Shown here in pieces: positions 1-10,543 of a DNA stretch of 48,708 bases (the first letter of the stretch is position 1; every line of letters starts with the position of its first letter). The notes under the pieces were generated by a model. That model was not told where the DNA came from. It searched no databases and worked only from the letters and a program-made list of their open reading frames with translations. A program made the position numbers and the translations under genes. This stretch comes from Chamaesiphon sp. GL140_3_metabinner_50 (lineage in GTDB: Bacteria; Cyanobacteriota; Cyanobacteriia; Cyanobacteriales; Chamaesiphonaceae): contig NZ_JANYJC010000263.1 of assembly GCF_025361915.1 (NCBI RefSeq), positions 1 to 48,708 of the forward strand, in the 5' to 3' direction.

Positions 1-135
1 TGCATTCGCTCTCTCGCTCAAGGTGTCAAAGCCGCTCACATTATCGATGGCAGACTATCTCACTCCCTGCTACTAGAAATTTTCACCGATAATGGTACGG
101 GATCGATGATTGTTTCTTCGGGATCTGGGATTTAG
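1..135 (+). CDS. argB: Acetylglutamate kinase, 3' end (partial)
   Basis: Frame 1 reads [44 protein letters not shown], the typical ArgB C-terminus; not in the ORF track. Confidence 0.92.
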   Translation, partial: CIRSLAQGVKAAHIIDGRLSHSLLLEIFTDNGTGSMIVSSGSGI

Positions 136-191
136 TTGATAGTAGTTTAGTGGTTTAGTGGTTTAGCAATTGGTAATGTCAACCTCTGCCA

Positions 192-290
192 GTCCCCCCG
201 TCCCCCATCCCCCCGTCCCCCCGTCCCCCCGTTCCCCCGTTCCCCCGTCTCCCCGTCTCCCCGTCCCCCTATTCCCCTATTCCCCGTCCC
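192..290. repeat. STRR-type short tandem repeats (CCCCGTC / CCCCTATT units)
   Basis: Degenerate 7-8 nt tandem units; they explain the Pro-rich N-terminus of ORF 170..814. Confidence 0.85.
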
Positions 291-295
291 ACCCT

Positions 296-814
296 GTGAC
301 TCCCGACGCTGATTATCAATCTGGACAAATTGCCTTCGAGCGGGGAGAATACCGCCAAGCTGTCAGCTATTTAGTGGCGGCGGTGGCTCAAGTGCAGCCG
401 AATACCCGCATTGGGGGCGAGGTGCAGGTGTGGCTGGTGACAGCCTTTGAAGCCGCTGGACAAATCGCCGAAGCTAAAGCTCTATGTCAAAAACTTGCCA
501 ACCATCCCAATCTCGATACCCGTCAAGCCAGTAAACGGTTGCTGTATATCATGCAGGCTCCAGAATTGGCGCGGCGGGAAGAGTGGCTGACTCAAATTCC
601 CGATCTATCACATTTGGAAGATGCTGAGGGTAATTCTGCAATTAATAATACCTCGATCGCACCACCATCGCTACCAAAACCCCGATCGTTAGAGGAAAGA
701 TACGCACCTGTAGATCTGAGCCAAGTCAATACTAAAGATAATGGGTTTGTCTGGCTGGCGTTGATATTGACGTTGATGATTTTGCTAGGGTTGTGGTGGC
801 AGGTGCAGGGGTAA
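296..814 (+). CDS. TPR-like protein with C-terminal membrane anchor
   Basis: In-frame GTG at 296 after the repeat; helical TPR-like segment (YQSGQIAFERGEYRQAV); hydrophobic C-terminus FVWLALILTLMILLGLWW. Confidence 0.75.
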   Translation: MTPDADYQSGQIAFERGEYRQAVSYLVAAVAQVQPNTRIGGEVQVWLVTAFEAAGQIAEAKALCQKLANHPNLDTRQASKRLLYIMQAPELARREEWLTQIPDLSHLEDAEGNSAINNTSIAPPSLPKPRSLEERYAPVDLSQVNTKDNGFVWLALILTLMILLGLWWQVQG

Positions 815-845
815 ACATTTGGCAAGGATGAATTTTTACACCAAA

Positions 846-871
846 AACCCACCGCGTCGCTGCGGTGGGTT
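846..871. terminator. Hairpin between convergent genes
   Basis: AACCCACCGC-gtcgct-GCGGTGGGTT inverted repeat. Confidence 0.6.
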
Positions 872-904
872 CTCGATTGGCTAAAATTTATTCAACCACA
901 GCAA

Positions 905-1357
905 TTATGCATTGCCGTTTTTTTGACCCAGTACTTCTGATTTGAAACTATCGATTTCATCGGTCAGCTCCTTTCTAGTCGAAGCTTGGAGCAGATAACG
1001 ATACACGAACCAACTGGTGTATCCAATGCCTACTAATTCAAAAGTAGGTGCGAGTAAAGGAATTTCGTTAATAGCAGACAGAATTGCTAAAGTTAGCTTA
1101 ACGCCAACAATGATGCCAAAAAATAAGCCTAGAGTAATTACGGCACTCTTGTTATTTTTGTAAATTTGACCAAGATAAGCAGGTAGCTCGGCTAAAATAT
1201 CGGTCGCTTGTTTGGCCCAGTCTGGTAAATCTGCGGCTGAGAGGTTTGGCGAAACGTTAGAGATAGAGCCGCCGCCAGTGTTTAATCCGAGCGGATTTGC
1301 GGGAATATCAACGGTGGTAGTTTCTAATGGTTGGGTCGATTCTAGTGTATCGCTCAT
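905..1357 (-). CDS. curT: CAAD-domain thylakoid curvature protein (CurT/CURT1-like)
   Basis: AINEIPLLAPTFELVGIGYTSWFVYRYLL...RKEL is the CAAD signature. Confidence 0.85.
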   Translation of the reverse strand: MSDTLESTQPLETTTVDIPANPLGLNTGGGSISNVSPNLSAADLPDWAKQATDILAELPAYLGQIYKNNKSAVITLGLFFGIIVGVKLTLAILSAINEIPLLAPTFELVGIGYTSWFVYRYLLQASTRKELTDEIDSFKSEVLGQKNGNA

Positions 1358-1619
1358 ATGTTATTAGTCCTTATTTCAAAATTGACAGGGCTAGGCAAAT
1401 GGTATTCGACGTGCGCTGAAAATAGCGTTCTTAACAAATACTTGTGCCGATTCGATCGGGTTTAGTTACTCGATCTTAGTTTAAATTTGAGGTTAAACCC
1501 GATCTGAGAGTAACATAACTACATCAAAATCTGTCTGCTAGGTAGTTTACCAATCCTGTTCGTCCAAATTTTGACAGGCAATTTTGGTTTTATTTGCTCT
1601 AATTATAAACGACCATCAT

Positions 1620-1653
1620 CAGAGATTCGATCGACCGATCGACCGAATCTCTG
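1620..1653 (-). terminator. Hairpin downstream of PTPS gene
   Basis: CAGAGATTCG...CGAATCTCTG, 10-bp arms. Confidence 0.5.
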
Positions 1654-1679
1654 AAATTGCCATCGCTCTTCAGTAATCG

Positions 1680-2552
1680 TTAGACGCTAGCTAAGGCGAC
1701 TGTCGCGAGTTGACGAGTTGCCAGATTGCTAAAATCTTGGCTCCAGAGCAGTTCGCAAGAATTGTTAGGGCTTTCGATTAGCTTGAGCTTGTGCAGTTGC
1801 GCGCCGAGTTCGCGAATCGGTCGTTCGATTTGATACCCGATATACACGGCGATATTTTCGGCGGTGGGGACTACCTTGGCAAAATGCGGGATATCTTTAT
1901 TTAAGAAGGTATGATCTAAAGGCTCGACCGCATATTTATCGACTAGTTCGTGTAATTTAACCAAATCGACAATCATCCCCGTGCGATCGTCAATTTCGCC
2001 AGTAACGGTAACTTCGAGATGATAATTGTGTCCGTGTCCGTTTACTCGCGCACATTTGCCATAAATTTCACTATTTTGTTCGAGCGTGAGGCTATCGAGA
2101 GCCAGACGGTGAGCCGCGCTAAAATGAGTGCCGATTGTCAATGATGCTTCCATGTCTGTTCCTGTATATTCTGCAAATAGTTCGGGGTGTTCGTATAACT
2201 GAATGCGGACGAGTGGCAAATGTGGAGCTAGCTTTTGCCAAATTACCCTAGCAATATTTTCGGTGGTGGGGAGGGTTTGCTGAAATTCCGGCCACACATC
2301 ATTGAGGAAACTATAATCTAGTTGTCCGGTAACTTCTTTTTTAATAACGTGTTTGACATCGGAGAGGTTTAGCACCATTCCATAGTCGTCGATATCGCCA
2401 TAGAGCGAGATAAATAACTCATAATTGTGTCCGTGTCCGTGAGGTTGCGCGCATAAGCCAAATGCAGCCACGTTCTCGGCTTCGCTCAGTTCTGGCAACC
2501 AATACCGATGGCTAGCCGAAAACTGAGCGCGACGGTTAATAATACATTTCAT
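1680..2552 (-). CDS. queD: Two-domain 6-carboxytetrahydropterin / 6-pyruvoyltetrahydropterin synthase
   Basis: Two copies of FSAxHR...C....GHGHNY and PTxENIA motifs. Confidence 0.85.
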   Translation of the reverse strand: MKCIINRRAQFSASHRYWLPELSEAENVAAFGLCAQPHGHGHNYELFISLYGDIDDYGMVLNLSDVKHVIKKEVTGQLDYSFLNDVWPEFQQTLPTTENIARVIWQKLAPHLPLVRIQLYEHPELFAEYTGTDMEASLTIGTHFSAAHRLALDSLTLEQNSEIYGKCARVNGHGHNYHLEVTVTGEIDDRTGMIVDLVKLHELVDKYAVEPLDHTFLNKDIPHFAKVVPTAENIAVYIGYQIERPIRELGAQLHKLKLIESPNNSCELLWSQDFSNLATRQLATVALASV

Positions 2553-2702
2553 AAAAATTTACATAACGCTATCTGTCTACTAGGATAATGCTTTTTAGGT
2601 GTTAGGTTTTAGGCTTTAGGTTTTAGGGAAGAAAGGGTAAAGGTTGAATTTACCTCTCCGTCCCCCAGTCTCCCAGTCCCCTCGTCTCCCCATCTCCTAT
2701 CC

Positions 2703-3743
2703 CTATTCCCCCGTCATTACTCTTAGGCGGATGGCATTTTCGCCACTATCATCAAGGGGAACTTCGACAATTTCGCCAGAGAGACGTTCGACGCAGGCAA
2801 TGAGCGATCGCAAGTTGGGCGTACTGGCACCTGTATCGACGTACAATCGATCGACGAGGCTGCCCAAGCGTTTCCAGGTTAAGTAAAATTTGGTCATCGT
2901 CTGCTCTAACTGTGCGGCTTGTTTGAGCACATCGGCGGCAACGGGGAGACATCCCACCCGCATGGCTTCTTCTAAGGCTGTGGCTAAATCGACTTTAGAA
3001 TCATTAAGAACTTGCACCTGTGCGCCAGCATCGAGATATTTAGATAAACTCCGGGCATTGCTGGTGACGAGCTTGATATTATCTACGTCAGGGTTGGCGG
3101 CTATTTCGTCCCGGATGGCGTGTTGATGCGCTTCGGGTAGTTTCTCCATTTCTTTGACTAATGGGGCGATAAAACGCGGTGGTGTGGCTCCAGAGGCGGC
3201 TTGTTCTTTAACTTCATCAGGAATCAGATCGGAACTCATTGCCATCCATTCGTCGGAGAGTTGGCGGACTTCGCGACGGGTGATCCGATCTCCTCTTTCG
3301 GCGGCATCGGTAACTAGCTGTTGAACTTCTGGCGATGATTTGGCAGTTTCGACGAAAGCACGTTTGCTAAAATTCTTGAGTGTGGATGGAGATAATTCGC
3401 CATTCTCTAATAAAGTGTCGGCACTATTGGCAAGTTCGATCCAGGCGTAGGCTTGACTCTTACTCAATTCCCGATCTTTGAGCCAGTTGAGAAAACCCTC
3501 GCCGCGTCCATCTCCGCCTTTTTTTTCACGATCGCGAATCGCTCGTAAAATTCTACCGCGCCAGATCTCGGTTTGTAAATCGAAACTGTCGCAGACTATC
3601 CACGCATCATCGTACTGCTGTCGAAAATCAAAGTCTCCGACTGCTTCATCTTCAGGATCGGGCAAATCGAAGATGAGATCGGCATTTGCAGATAGAGCCG
3701 CTACAATTTCGAGATCCGTACTAGAGCCAACTGAAGCAACCAT
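2703..3743 (-). CDS. Hypothetical protein, helical, possible HTH-like N-terminal region
   Basis: 346-aa ORF with protein-like composition; no catalytic motif recognised. Confidence 0.75.
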   Translation of the reverse strand: MVASVGSSTDLEIVAALSANADLIFDLPDPEDEAVGDFDFRQQYDDAWIVCDSFDLQTEIWRGRILRAIRDREKKGGDGRGEGFLNWLKDRELSKSQAYAWIELANSADTLLENGELSPSTLKNFSKRAFVETAKSSPEVQQLVTDAAERGDRITRREVRQLSDEWMAMSSDLIPDEVKEQAASGATPPRFIAPLVKEMEKLPEAHQHAIRDEIAANPDVDNIKLVTSNARSLSKYLDAGAQVQVLNDSKVDLATALEEAMRVGCLPVAADVLKQAAQLEQTMTKFYLTWKRLGSLVDRLYVDTGASTPNLRSLIACVERLSGEIVEVPLDDSGENAIRLRVMTGE

Positions 3744-3852
3744 CGATCGTCCTCAAAGTAAATTAAAAATAGCGCGCGAAGACCGTAACGACTCTTGCAG
3801 ATCTGAGTCGAAAATTTATCATAGCATTAACCCAAGTTACCACCCATAACCT

Positions 3853-3959
3853 CAGCGGTTAGAAACCGCTGCTTGTGATGCAAAGTCCGCCTACGCGGAC
3901 TAAGATTTCAGTCCGCGTAGGCGGACTTTGCAGCATCAGCCACGACTTCAGTCGTTGGC
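3853..3959. repeat. REP/SDR-like palindromic cluster
   Basis: Perfect 23-bp inverted repeat 3879-3901/3910-3932, flanked by hairpins at 3853-3871 and 3939-3959. Confidence 0.8.
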
Positions 3960-3970
3960 ATAATTAAGAC

Positions 3971-4876
3971 TCACAGCAATACTGTCTGCGGGACTAATAA
4001 CTGCGCTCCGTCGATCTCCCGGAATTCGCCAATTCCCAAGCACCGATGTTCGCCGATAACCTGAAAATAACCGCCTAGTTCGGCAGTTGGAAGAGTAAGA
4101 TCTAGTTGCTCTGGGGTTAAGCGTTTGCCTTGACTCCAAAATTTAACTAGCTCGGCATCTGCCAGTGTAACTGTCGGTAGGTGCATTAGGGCTATATCGG
4201 GCGAAATCGGTTCAAATATACCTGCTTGTTGCTGTCGCTCTAGCTCTTCTAAAGTGATGCTATCTGCCAATTGCAGACCGCAACTCGCATTCCGTTCTAA
4301 AAATGCCAAAACGCCTCTAGTACCCAATTTAACGCCCAAATCGCGGGCGATCGAACGAATATATGTGCCGCCACCACAAGCAATTTGCACTTCAACTTCG
4401 GGGAAATCTCCTGGAGTCCAATTGAGGATCTCGATCGTATTGATGGTAACTTGGCGAGTGGGTACTTCGATTACTTCCCCGGCTCGTGCTAGCTTATACA
4501 ATCTTTTGCCGTTAACTTGAATCGCGCTGTACATCGGCGGTGTTTGCACGATCTCGCCGATAAATGTCGCTAAGGCTGCCTCAATTTTTTCGATACTGAT
4601 GTCAGTAACTGGTTCGGAGTAAATAATCTCGCCAGCAAGATCGTCGGTGGTGGTTTCGACTCCCAGCCGAATGACGGCGCGATATGCTTTCCCGGTTGGT
4701 AAGTATTGTAATAGACGAGTGGCTTTCCCGATCGCAATCGGCAATACACCCACTGCGGCGGGATCTAATGTGCCACCATGTCCGACTTTTTTTGTCTGCA
4801 AAATGCGACGCACTTTAGCAACGCAATCGTGAGAAGTCCAATCGGGTAGTTTCTGTAAGTTAATGAATCCGTCCAC
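3971..4876 (-). CDS. truB: tRNA pseudouridine(55) synthase
   Basis: KVGHGGTLDP, PPMYSAIQVNGKRLYKLAR, CGGGTYIRSIARDLG. Confidence 0.97.
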   Translation of the reverse strand: MDGFINLQKLPDWTSHDCVAKVRRILQTKKVGHGGTLDPAAVGVLPIAIGKATRLLQYLPTGKAYRAVIRLGVETTTDDLAGEIIYSEPVTDISIEKIEAALATFIGEIVQTPPMYSAIQVNGKRLYKLARAGEVIEVPTRQVTINTIEILNWTPGDFPEVEVQIACGGGTYIRSIARDLGVKLGTRGVLAFLERNASCGLQLADSITLEELERQQQAGIFEPISPDIALMHLPTVTLADAELVKFWSQGKRLTPEQLDLTLPTAELGGYFQVIGEHRCLGIGEFREIDGAQLLVPQTVLL

Positions 4877-5043
4877 AAGGTTTAGGTATTAGGCTTTAGT
4901 TATTAGGCTTTAATGGTCGAATTTTAAGATTGACTCGATCGACCATTTGAGGATCTTGGGTTATTATTAAGCATAACTCGCTGGCACAGCCTCAGCTTTG
5001 CTGAATCGCTCTCAATGTATGAAAATTGGATGTTTAACTATCA

Positions 5044-5964
5044 ATGATAAATATTGGCAAATCTAAATCTAGATCGGATCGGTATTGGTTGGAACGGTTT
5101 GGCAAACTAATCGATCGAGAGGATGTAGCAGCGGGAATATTTTTATTACCAGCCTTAATTATATTAGGTTTGTTTTTAGTTTTCCCAATTATCTATTTGG
5201 GCTATCTGAGCTTTACGGGGGGAAGTTTCACGCGATCGGGCGTACATTGGGTCGGTTTAAAAAATTATCTTCGATTGCTAGTCAGTCCAGATTTTTGGCA
5301 AGTTATTTTTAATACAATTTATTTTACAGTTGGGACGGTAATTCCTAGTACGATTATTCCGTTGGGGTTAGCAGTATTGCTTAATCGGAAGTTGCCCTTT
5401 ACAGGTGTATTTAGAACGATTTATTTTATTCCTTCGATCGTTTCATTAGTGGCGGCTGGATTGGGCTTTAGATGGCTGTTTCAAACCGATGGGGCGATCG
5501 ATAGTTTGCTCGGTAATTTTGGAGTTAATAAAATTGCCTGGTTGAGCGATTCGGTGTGGGCGATGCCTGTGGTTATTTTGGTTAGTGTTTGGAAACAAAT
5601 CGGTTTTAATTTGGTCGTGTTTTTAGCTGGATTGCAAGCTATTCCTACAAATCGTTATGAGGCTGCTGAATTAGATGGAGCTAATGGTTGGCAGCAGTTT
5701 TGGTTTATTACCATACCGGGATTACGATCGACATTAATTTTCACGGCAATTACCACTACGATTTTTACGCTTAAAAGTTTCGAGCAAGTATATATTATTA
5801 CTGGTGGCGGCCCGCTAAACTCTACTAATTTATTAGTCTATTATATCTACGATCGGGCTTTTTCAAGGTTTGATTTTGGCTATGCAGCAGCAGCAGCGAT
5901 GGTGTTATTTGCATTTACTTCTGTGCTAGTCTATCTACAACTCCAAACCTGGAAACAAGATTAG
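5044..5964 (+). CDS. Carbohydrate ABC transporter permease (UgpA/LacF family)
   Basis: EAA loop YEAAELDGANGWQQFWFITIP; multiple TM segments. Confidence 0.92.
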   Translation: MINIGKSKSRSDRYWLERFGKLIDREDVAAGIFLLPALIILGLFLVFPIIYLGYLSFTGGSFTRSGVHWVGLKNYLRLLVSPDFWQVIFNTIYFTVGTVIPSTIIPLGLAVLLNRKLPFTGVFRTIYFIPSIVSLVAAGLGFRWLFQTDGAIDSLLGNFGVNKIAWLSDSVWAMPVVILVSVWKQIGFNLVVFLAGLQAIPTNRYEAAELDGANGWQQFWFITIPGLRSTLIFTAITTTIFTLKSFEQVYIITGGGPLNSTNLLVYYIYDRAFSRFDFGYAAAAAMVLFAFTSVLVYLQLQTWKQD

Positions 5965-5972
5965 TATATATT

Positions 5973-7199
5973 CTATAATTGTGTTGCTAGTTTCGGCGTG
6001 TATTTACGCCGCTGGCGGATCGCGAAAAATAGGACGATAAATGTAAAAGCACCTGCTATATATAGCGGGTAGCCATAGGTTTCTGGGTGTCGTTGGTCTA
6101 CCATCAGTCCGGCAATAATTGGGCCGATACCGTTGGCAGCACTTAAATATGAAGCGTTCAATCCAGCCATTTTGCCCTGTTCTTCTGGGCTGGTATTGAG
6201 AGAGATTAATGTACTAATCATCGGCTGAACTAGCGAATTGAATAATGAAAAGATCGTAGCGATAATTAGGAAAAAATGAATGTCGGGTATAACTGGCATT
6301 AGGATGAAAGACAGACTTCTAAAAAATAAACCTATAAATAATATTTTTACTAAGCTCAGATATTTTGTCATAATCTTGACACCCTGAATTTGAACGACAA
6401 CACCGATAACACCAATAGCAAAAAATAATAGTGTTAAAGATTTACTATCTTGATGTAAAACCTTTAAATAATATGGTTGAAAAGCAAATGTAAATAAAGT
6501 AAATGTGGTGCCAACGCAGAAATTAATAATAAATAAAATTCCTAGCTTTGGAAAAGTAAATCCACTAATTAAATCTCGCAATCCGAGATCGAAGATATTT
6601 GTTGGCGATACCGATCTTTCTGGTAATGTTTCAGGCAAGAAAAATATCGTGATAATTAAGGCGATCGCTGCAAATACCGACGATACTAAAAATGCCGTAC
6701 CTAACGATCTTTGTTGAGCTACTAAACTCAAAACTGGCCCGATTACAAATCCTAAACCCAATGATGCGCCAAAGATGCCAAACCCTTTAGCTCGATTTGC
6801 TGGTGTCGTCACATCTGAAATTACGGCTTGAGCCACAGAGATATTGCCACCAGTAACGCCATCTAGAAATCTTGCGAAAAATAATACTGTGGCGTTCGGT
6901 GCCGTTCCTGCTAGAAAGTTGCCAATTACTGTACCTACTAAACTAATAATCAGTAACGGTCTTCTGCCAAATCGATCGGACAGTTTACCAATGATCGGTG
7001 TGGCAAAAAATTGAGCGATCGAAAATATTGCAAACAGAAAGCTAGTCTCAATATCACTCAGATTAAACTCCCGTCCGTATTGATAAATTGTGGGAATGAG
7101 AATCGTAAAACTCAGTGAGTTGATGACATTAATGAGCGCGATAATCCAGAAGCTGCGATTCATGAGGTTGGGGGTGAAGAATTTAAGGGAGGATCGCAT
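5973..7199 (-). CDS. MFS transporter, TetA/DHA1 family
   Basis: Motif A GKLSDRFGRRP; ARFLDGVTGGNISVAQA; about 12 TM segments. Confidence 0.92.
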   Translation of the reverse strand: MRSSLKFFTPNLMNRSFWIIALINVINSLSFTILIPTIYQYGREFNLSDIETSFLFAIFSIAQFFATPIIGKLSDRFGRRPLLIISLVGTVIGNFLAGTAPNATVLFFARFLDGVTGGNISVAQAVISDVTTPANRAKGFGIFGASLGLGFVIGPVLSLVAQQRSLGTAFLVSSVFAAIALIITIFFLPETLPERSVSPTNIFDLGLRDLISGFTFPKLGILFIINFCVGTTFTLFTFAFQPYYLKVLHQDSKSLTLLFFAIGVIGVVVQIQGVKIMTKYLSLVKILFIGLFFRSLSFILMPVIPDIHFFLIIATIFSLFNSLVQPMISTLISLNTSPEEQGKMAGLNASYLSAANGIGPIIAGLMVDQRHPETYGYPLYIAGAFTFIVLFFAIRQRRKYTPKLATQL

Positions 7200-7523
7200 C
7201 TACCGATCCGATCGAAATATACACACATACGTATTTACACGTAGACTCAGCCAAAATACATTTAAATAAATCCGGGGATCTTCGGATTAATATTGGATCG
7301 CTTTCGATTAAAATCGATTGTATTGAGTGGCACTTTCAGCAGTATTTAGCCTACAAATAATACTGTGAGCGATTTATATTCGGAAGCTCGGAACATCGAT
7401 CTAAGTCTAAATTTAAATATAGCTACAAAGCGAAAGGATCGTGTAGAGTGGATCGCTGACTCGACCGACTGCAAACATTGTTTTACTCTCACCCCGATTT
7501 GTTGCCGATTTCTTTAGTACCCT

Positions 7524-7835
7524 ATGTCACATCCCCGTCACCCGATATCTGCTTTCATTACTCCAATAGTTCGCGCGGCATTACCTACTGGTAAAGGGTT
7601 TGGCGGGTCGAACCTGCATGTGTTTCAATGCTCGAAATTATTAGTTCCGAGCATTGATGGTTCGGTAGTAAATGCACAGCATTCAGTATCTATTTACACT
7701 CAGCAATCGTCGCCATTAATCGTGAAAGTAGGTAAGATCTTAATACTTTCCTTGTGGTTATGGTGTGCGATCGGGGCTGATTTTTGTTTTAATAGCGTTC
7801 GGGCAATATCGACCTATAAGACTCAAGACGTTTGA
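7524..7835 (+). CDS. Possible hypothetical protein (doubtful)
   Basis: 103-aa ATG ORF filling an intergenic gap, with one hydrophobic stretch; no motif. Confidence 0.25.
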   Translation: MSHPRHPISAFITPIVRAALPTGKGFGGSNLHVFQCSKLLVPSIDGSVVNAQHSVSIYTQQSSPLIVKVGKILILSLWLWCAIGADFCFNSVRAISTYKTQDV

Positions 7836-7887
7836 ACCCTAACCATTTTGGAGCGCGAGATCTACCAATGCCAACAAAACCGATCGA

Positions 7888-9246
7888 CTAATCTTGATGC
7901 CATTTTGGTCGCCAACCGGGTTTAATAGTTTGATGCGATCGGGCGATTGCCAAACAATCATCAGGAATATCGCTGACGATTGTCGAACCTGCGGCGGTGG
8001 TAACTTGGGCACCGATATTTAATGGGGCGACTAACGTGTTATTGGAACCGATCCGGGTAAAATTACCAATAATAGTTTGATGCTTATTTTTACCATCATA
8101 ATTGACAGTAATCGTGCCAGCACCGATATTCACCCGATCGCCGACCGTCGCATCGCCGATATAAGACAAGTGGGCGATATTGGTATTGTCGCCGATCGTA
8201 CTCTTTTTCAGTTCGACAAAGTTACCCACCCGACAAGATTCACCGACACTTCCCTGTTGACGGATATGTGCGAATGGCCCGACATTAGCATTATTCCCGA
8301 TCGAACTATCGACAACCACTGAATACATTAACGTCACATTCGTGCCGATCTGACTGTTTTCTACTAAACTATTCGGCCCGATCCGGCTGCCGCTACCGAT
8401 GGTAGTATTACCGCGCAAATGAGTCTGAGGTTCGATAATTGCATCGACACCAATGCTCACAGTATCGTCGATCGTCACGCTATCTGGGTCGATCATCGTC
8501 ACGCCAGCAGCCATCCAGTTATCTTTAATTCGGGCTTGTAAAATCTCATAAGCAGTAGCCAATTGTCGTCGATCGTTAATGCCTAGAATCTCGCGATCGT
8601 CAGCGACATCGTATACCATCACAGGTGACAGAAAATTGACCGCATCGGTGATGTAATATTCTTGCTGGCTGTTATTGCTTTGCAATTTAGGTAAAACTTC
8701 TTGGAGTTTTTGCCAATTAAAGCAATATATCCCTGCATTTACCCGCAGATTTTGACGTTGATTGTCAGTGCAATCGCGATCTTCGATAATTTCTTGGAGC
8801 AGATTGTTACTATCGCAGAATACCCGCCCGTAGCCCTGCGGGTTAGCAATTTGAGCTGTAAGTATCGTGGCAGCATTTTGATGCTGCTGGTGCGTCTGTA
8901 AGAGTGCTATGAGGGTTTCGGGACGCAGTAGTGGGACATCGCCATTCAATACCAATAAATCTCCCTGAAAGTCGGCTAAATGGGGTAGTAATTGCTGAAC
9001 CGCATGTCCGGTACCCAATTGCTGCGTCTGCTCGACAAATTCTAAGTCAGGATAATCGACCATTGCTGCTTTAACTCGGTGGGCTTGATAGCCAACAATC
9101 GCTAATTGTCGTTCGGGTTGTAACGCTTGACAACCAATTAATACCCGCTCGACGAGCGATCGTCCTCCCAGTAAGTGTAATACTTTGGGTAAGTCCGATC
9201 TCATTCGCGTGCCTTTGCCCGCCGCTAGAATTGCTACTGCTACCAT
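7888..9246 (-). CDS. glmU: Bifunctional UDP-GlcNAc pyrophosphorylase / glucosamine-1-phosphate acetyltransferase
   Basis: [25 protein letters not shown], hexapeptide repeats, [13 protein letters not shown]. Confidence 0.98.
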   Translation of the reverse strand: MVAVAILAAGKGTRMRSDLPKVLHLLGGRSLVERVLIGCQALQPERQLAIVGYQAHRVKAAMVDYPDLEFVEQTQQLGTGHAVQQLLPHLADFQGDLLVLNGDVPLLRPETLIALLQTHQQHQNAATILTAQIANPQGYGRVFCDSNNLLQEIIEDRDCTDNQRQNLRVNAGIYCFNWQKLQEVLPKLQSNNSQQEYYITDAVNFLSPVMVYDVADDREILGINDRRQLATAYEILQARIKDNWMAAGVTMIDPDSVTIDDTVSIGVDAIIEPQTHLRGNTTIGSGSRIGPNSLVENSQIGTNVTLMYSVVVDSSIGNNANVGPFAHIRQQGSVGESCRVGNFVELKKSTIGDNTNIAHLSYIGDATVGDRVNIGAGTITVNYDGKNKHQTIIGNFTRIGSNNTLVAPLNIGAQVTTAAGSTIVSDIPDDCLAIARSHQTIKPGWRPKWHQD

Positions 9247-9609
9247 AAATATGACTACTACCGAAGGAAACTAAATACAGCCTCTCTTAAAATACCCTAT
9301 TGCCCGAAGCATCGATGCAATCTGTGGCAAACTCTGTGCGAGTATTCCCACGATCTACAACTCTGACGATCGCGATTTTGCCCTTGATTAGCTGAGTATT
9401 CACCAGAGAATCGCGATCGATTGTTTGGGATACATCATGCTTCTCGTATAATCGTAGTACTCACATCTTGCACCAAATTGAAAAAGCAAGCAAAATTCAA
9501 GACATCAGATCGGCATTTTAACCTTTAGTCCGATCGTCAATGCCATTTGTCGCCGATCGTCAATGGTTGCAAGCTGTGAGATTACTAACGATCGATAACC
9601 AGAATTGAT

Positions 9610-10380
9610 ATGCCTTTGTGGTTTAGACGGTTCATTGCAGCAGTTTTATTAGGCGGACAAGCGATCGTGCATGTTCTGAGGGGAAAATTTAACTATCCTA
9701 ATATTGTCGAGCAAATGGCTCTAGTTGGCCCCGAATCATTGCTAATTGCCCTGGTGACATCAACTACAATTGGGATGGTATTTACCATTCAAGTCGCGCG
9801 GGAATTTATTAATATTGGCGCGGGGCAAGTTGTGGGTGGGGTACTATCACTGGCACTCACTCGCGAACTCGCACCCGTACTCACTGCGGTAGTCTTAGCT
9901 GCTAGAGTAGGTTCGGCATTTGCCGCCGAAATCGGCACCATGAAAGTTAGCGAACAAATCGATGCTCTTTACATTCTCAAAACAGATCCGGTCGATTATT
10001 TGGTAATTCCCCGCATCATTGCTTGTTGTATTATGCTGCCATTACTGACTATTTTGTCGATCGTCAGCGGAATGCTGGGTGGGTTGCTAATTGCGACGAC
10101 GATCTTTGGTTTGCCAGCACGAGTATTTTTAGATTCAGCACGGACTTTTTTAGATGGGTGGGATCTCTGTACCGCGCCAATTAAAGCAGTTTTCTTCGGG
10201 GCGTTGATTGCCATAATTGGGTGTAGTTGGGGCTTGACAACTACAGGCGGTGCCAAAGGTGTCGGACAATCGACAACCACTGCGGTGGTGACTTCTTTAC
10301 TCGCGATTTTTGTCTCAAATTTTTTCCTATCTTGGGTGATGTTTCAAGGTGTGGGCAGTTCAGTTTCTAAATCATTGTAG
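9610..10380 (+). CDS. mlaE: MlaE/Ycf63/TGD1 lipid ABC permease
   Basis: RELAPVLTAVVLAARVGSAFAAEIGTMKVSEQIDAL; GGAKGVGQSTT. Confidence 0.95.
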   Translation: MPLWFRRFIAAVLLGGQAIVHVLRGKFNYPNIVEQMALVGPESLLIALVTSTTIGMVFTIQVAREFINIGAGQVVGGVLSLALTRELAPVLTAVVLAARVGSAFAAEIGTMKVSEQIDALYILKTDPVDYLVIPRIIACCIMLPLLTILSIVSGMLGGLLIATTIFGLPARVFLDSARTFLDGWDLCTAPIKAVFFGALIAIIGCSWGLTTTGGAKGVGQSTTTAVVTSLLAIFVSNFFLSWVMFQGVGSSVSKSL

Positions 10381-10543
10381 CTAGGGAATAGAGGATCGGG
10401 GATAGGGAATATGGGATCGGGTAAAAGCTCTGGAACTGCGTTCTAGTGTTCTCTCTTCATATTCCCCTAATGGCTTCGCGTCAGCGTAGCTATTGCAAAG
10501 GCAGAAACCGTTGGAGATCTGCTATGGGTAAAATCACACTCCC

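Noticed and set aside
170-295. Pro-rich N-terminal extension of ORF 170..814
   Set aside because: It is the translation of an STRR tandem repeat; the in-frame GTG at 296 is the more plausible start.
1680-2552. Double-domain QueD as part of a 7-deazaguanine DNA-modification cluster
   Set aside because: No dpdA, queC, queE or folE neighbours; tandem PTPS proteins are ordinary in cyanobacteria.
9447-9461. Possible NtcA box upstream of mlaE (similar candidates near 1510 and 23766)
   Set aside because: The GTA-TAC spacing is 9, 7 or 6 nt rather than the required 8.
10478-10510. CGTCAGCGTAGCTATTGCAAAGGCAGA, a possible additional micro-element copy
   Set aside because: Only the 5' half resembles the consensus; the stem is imperfect and there is no ATCG right flank.
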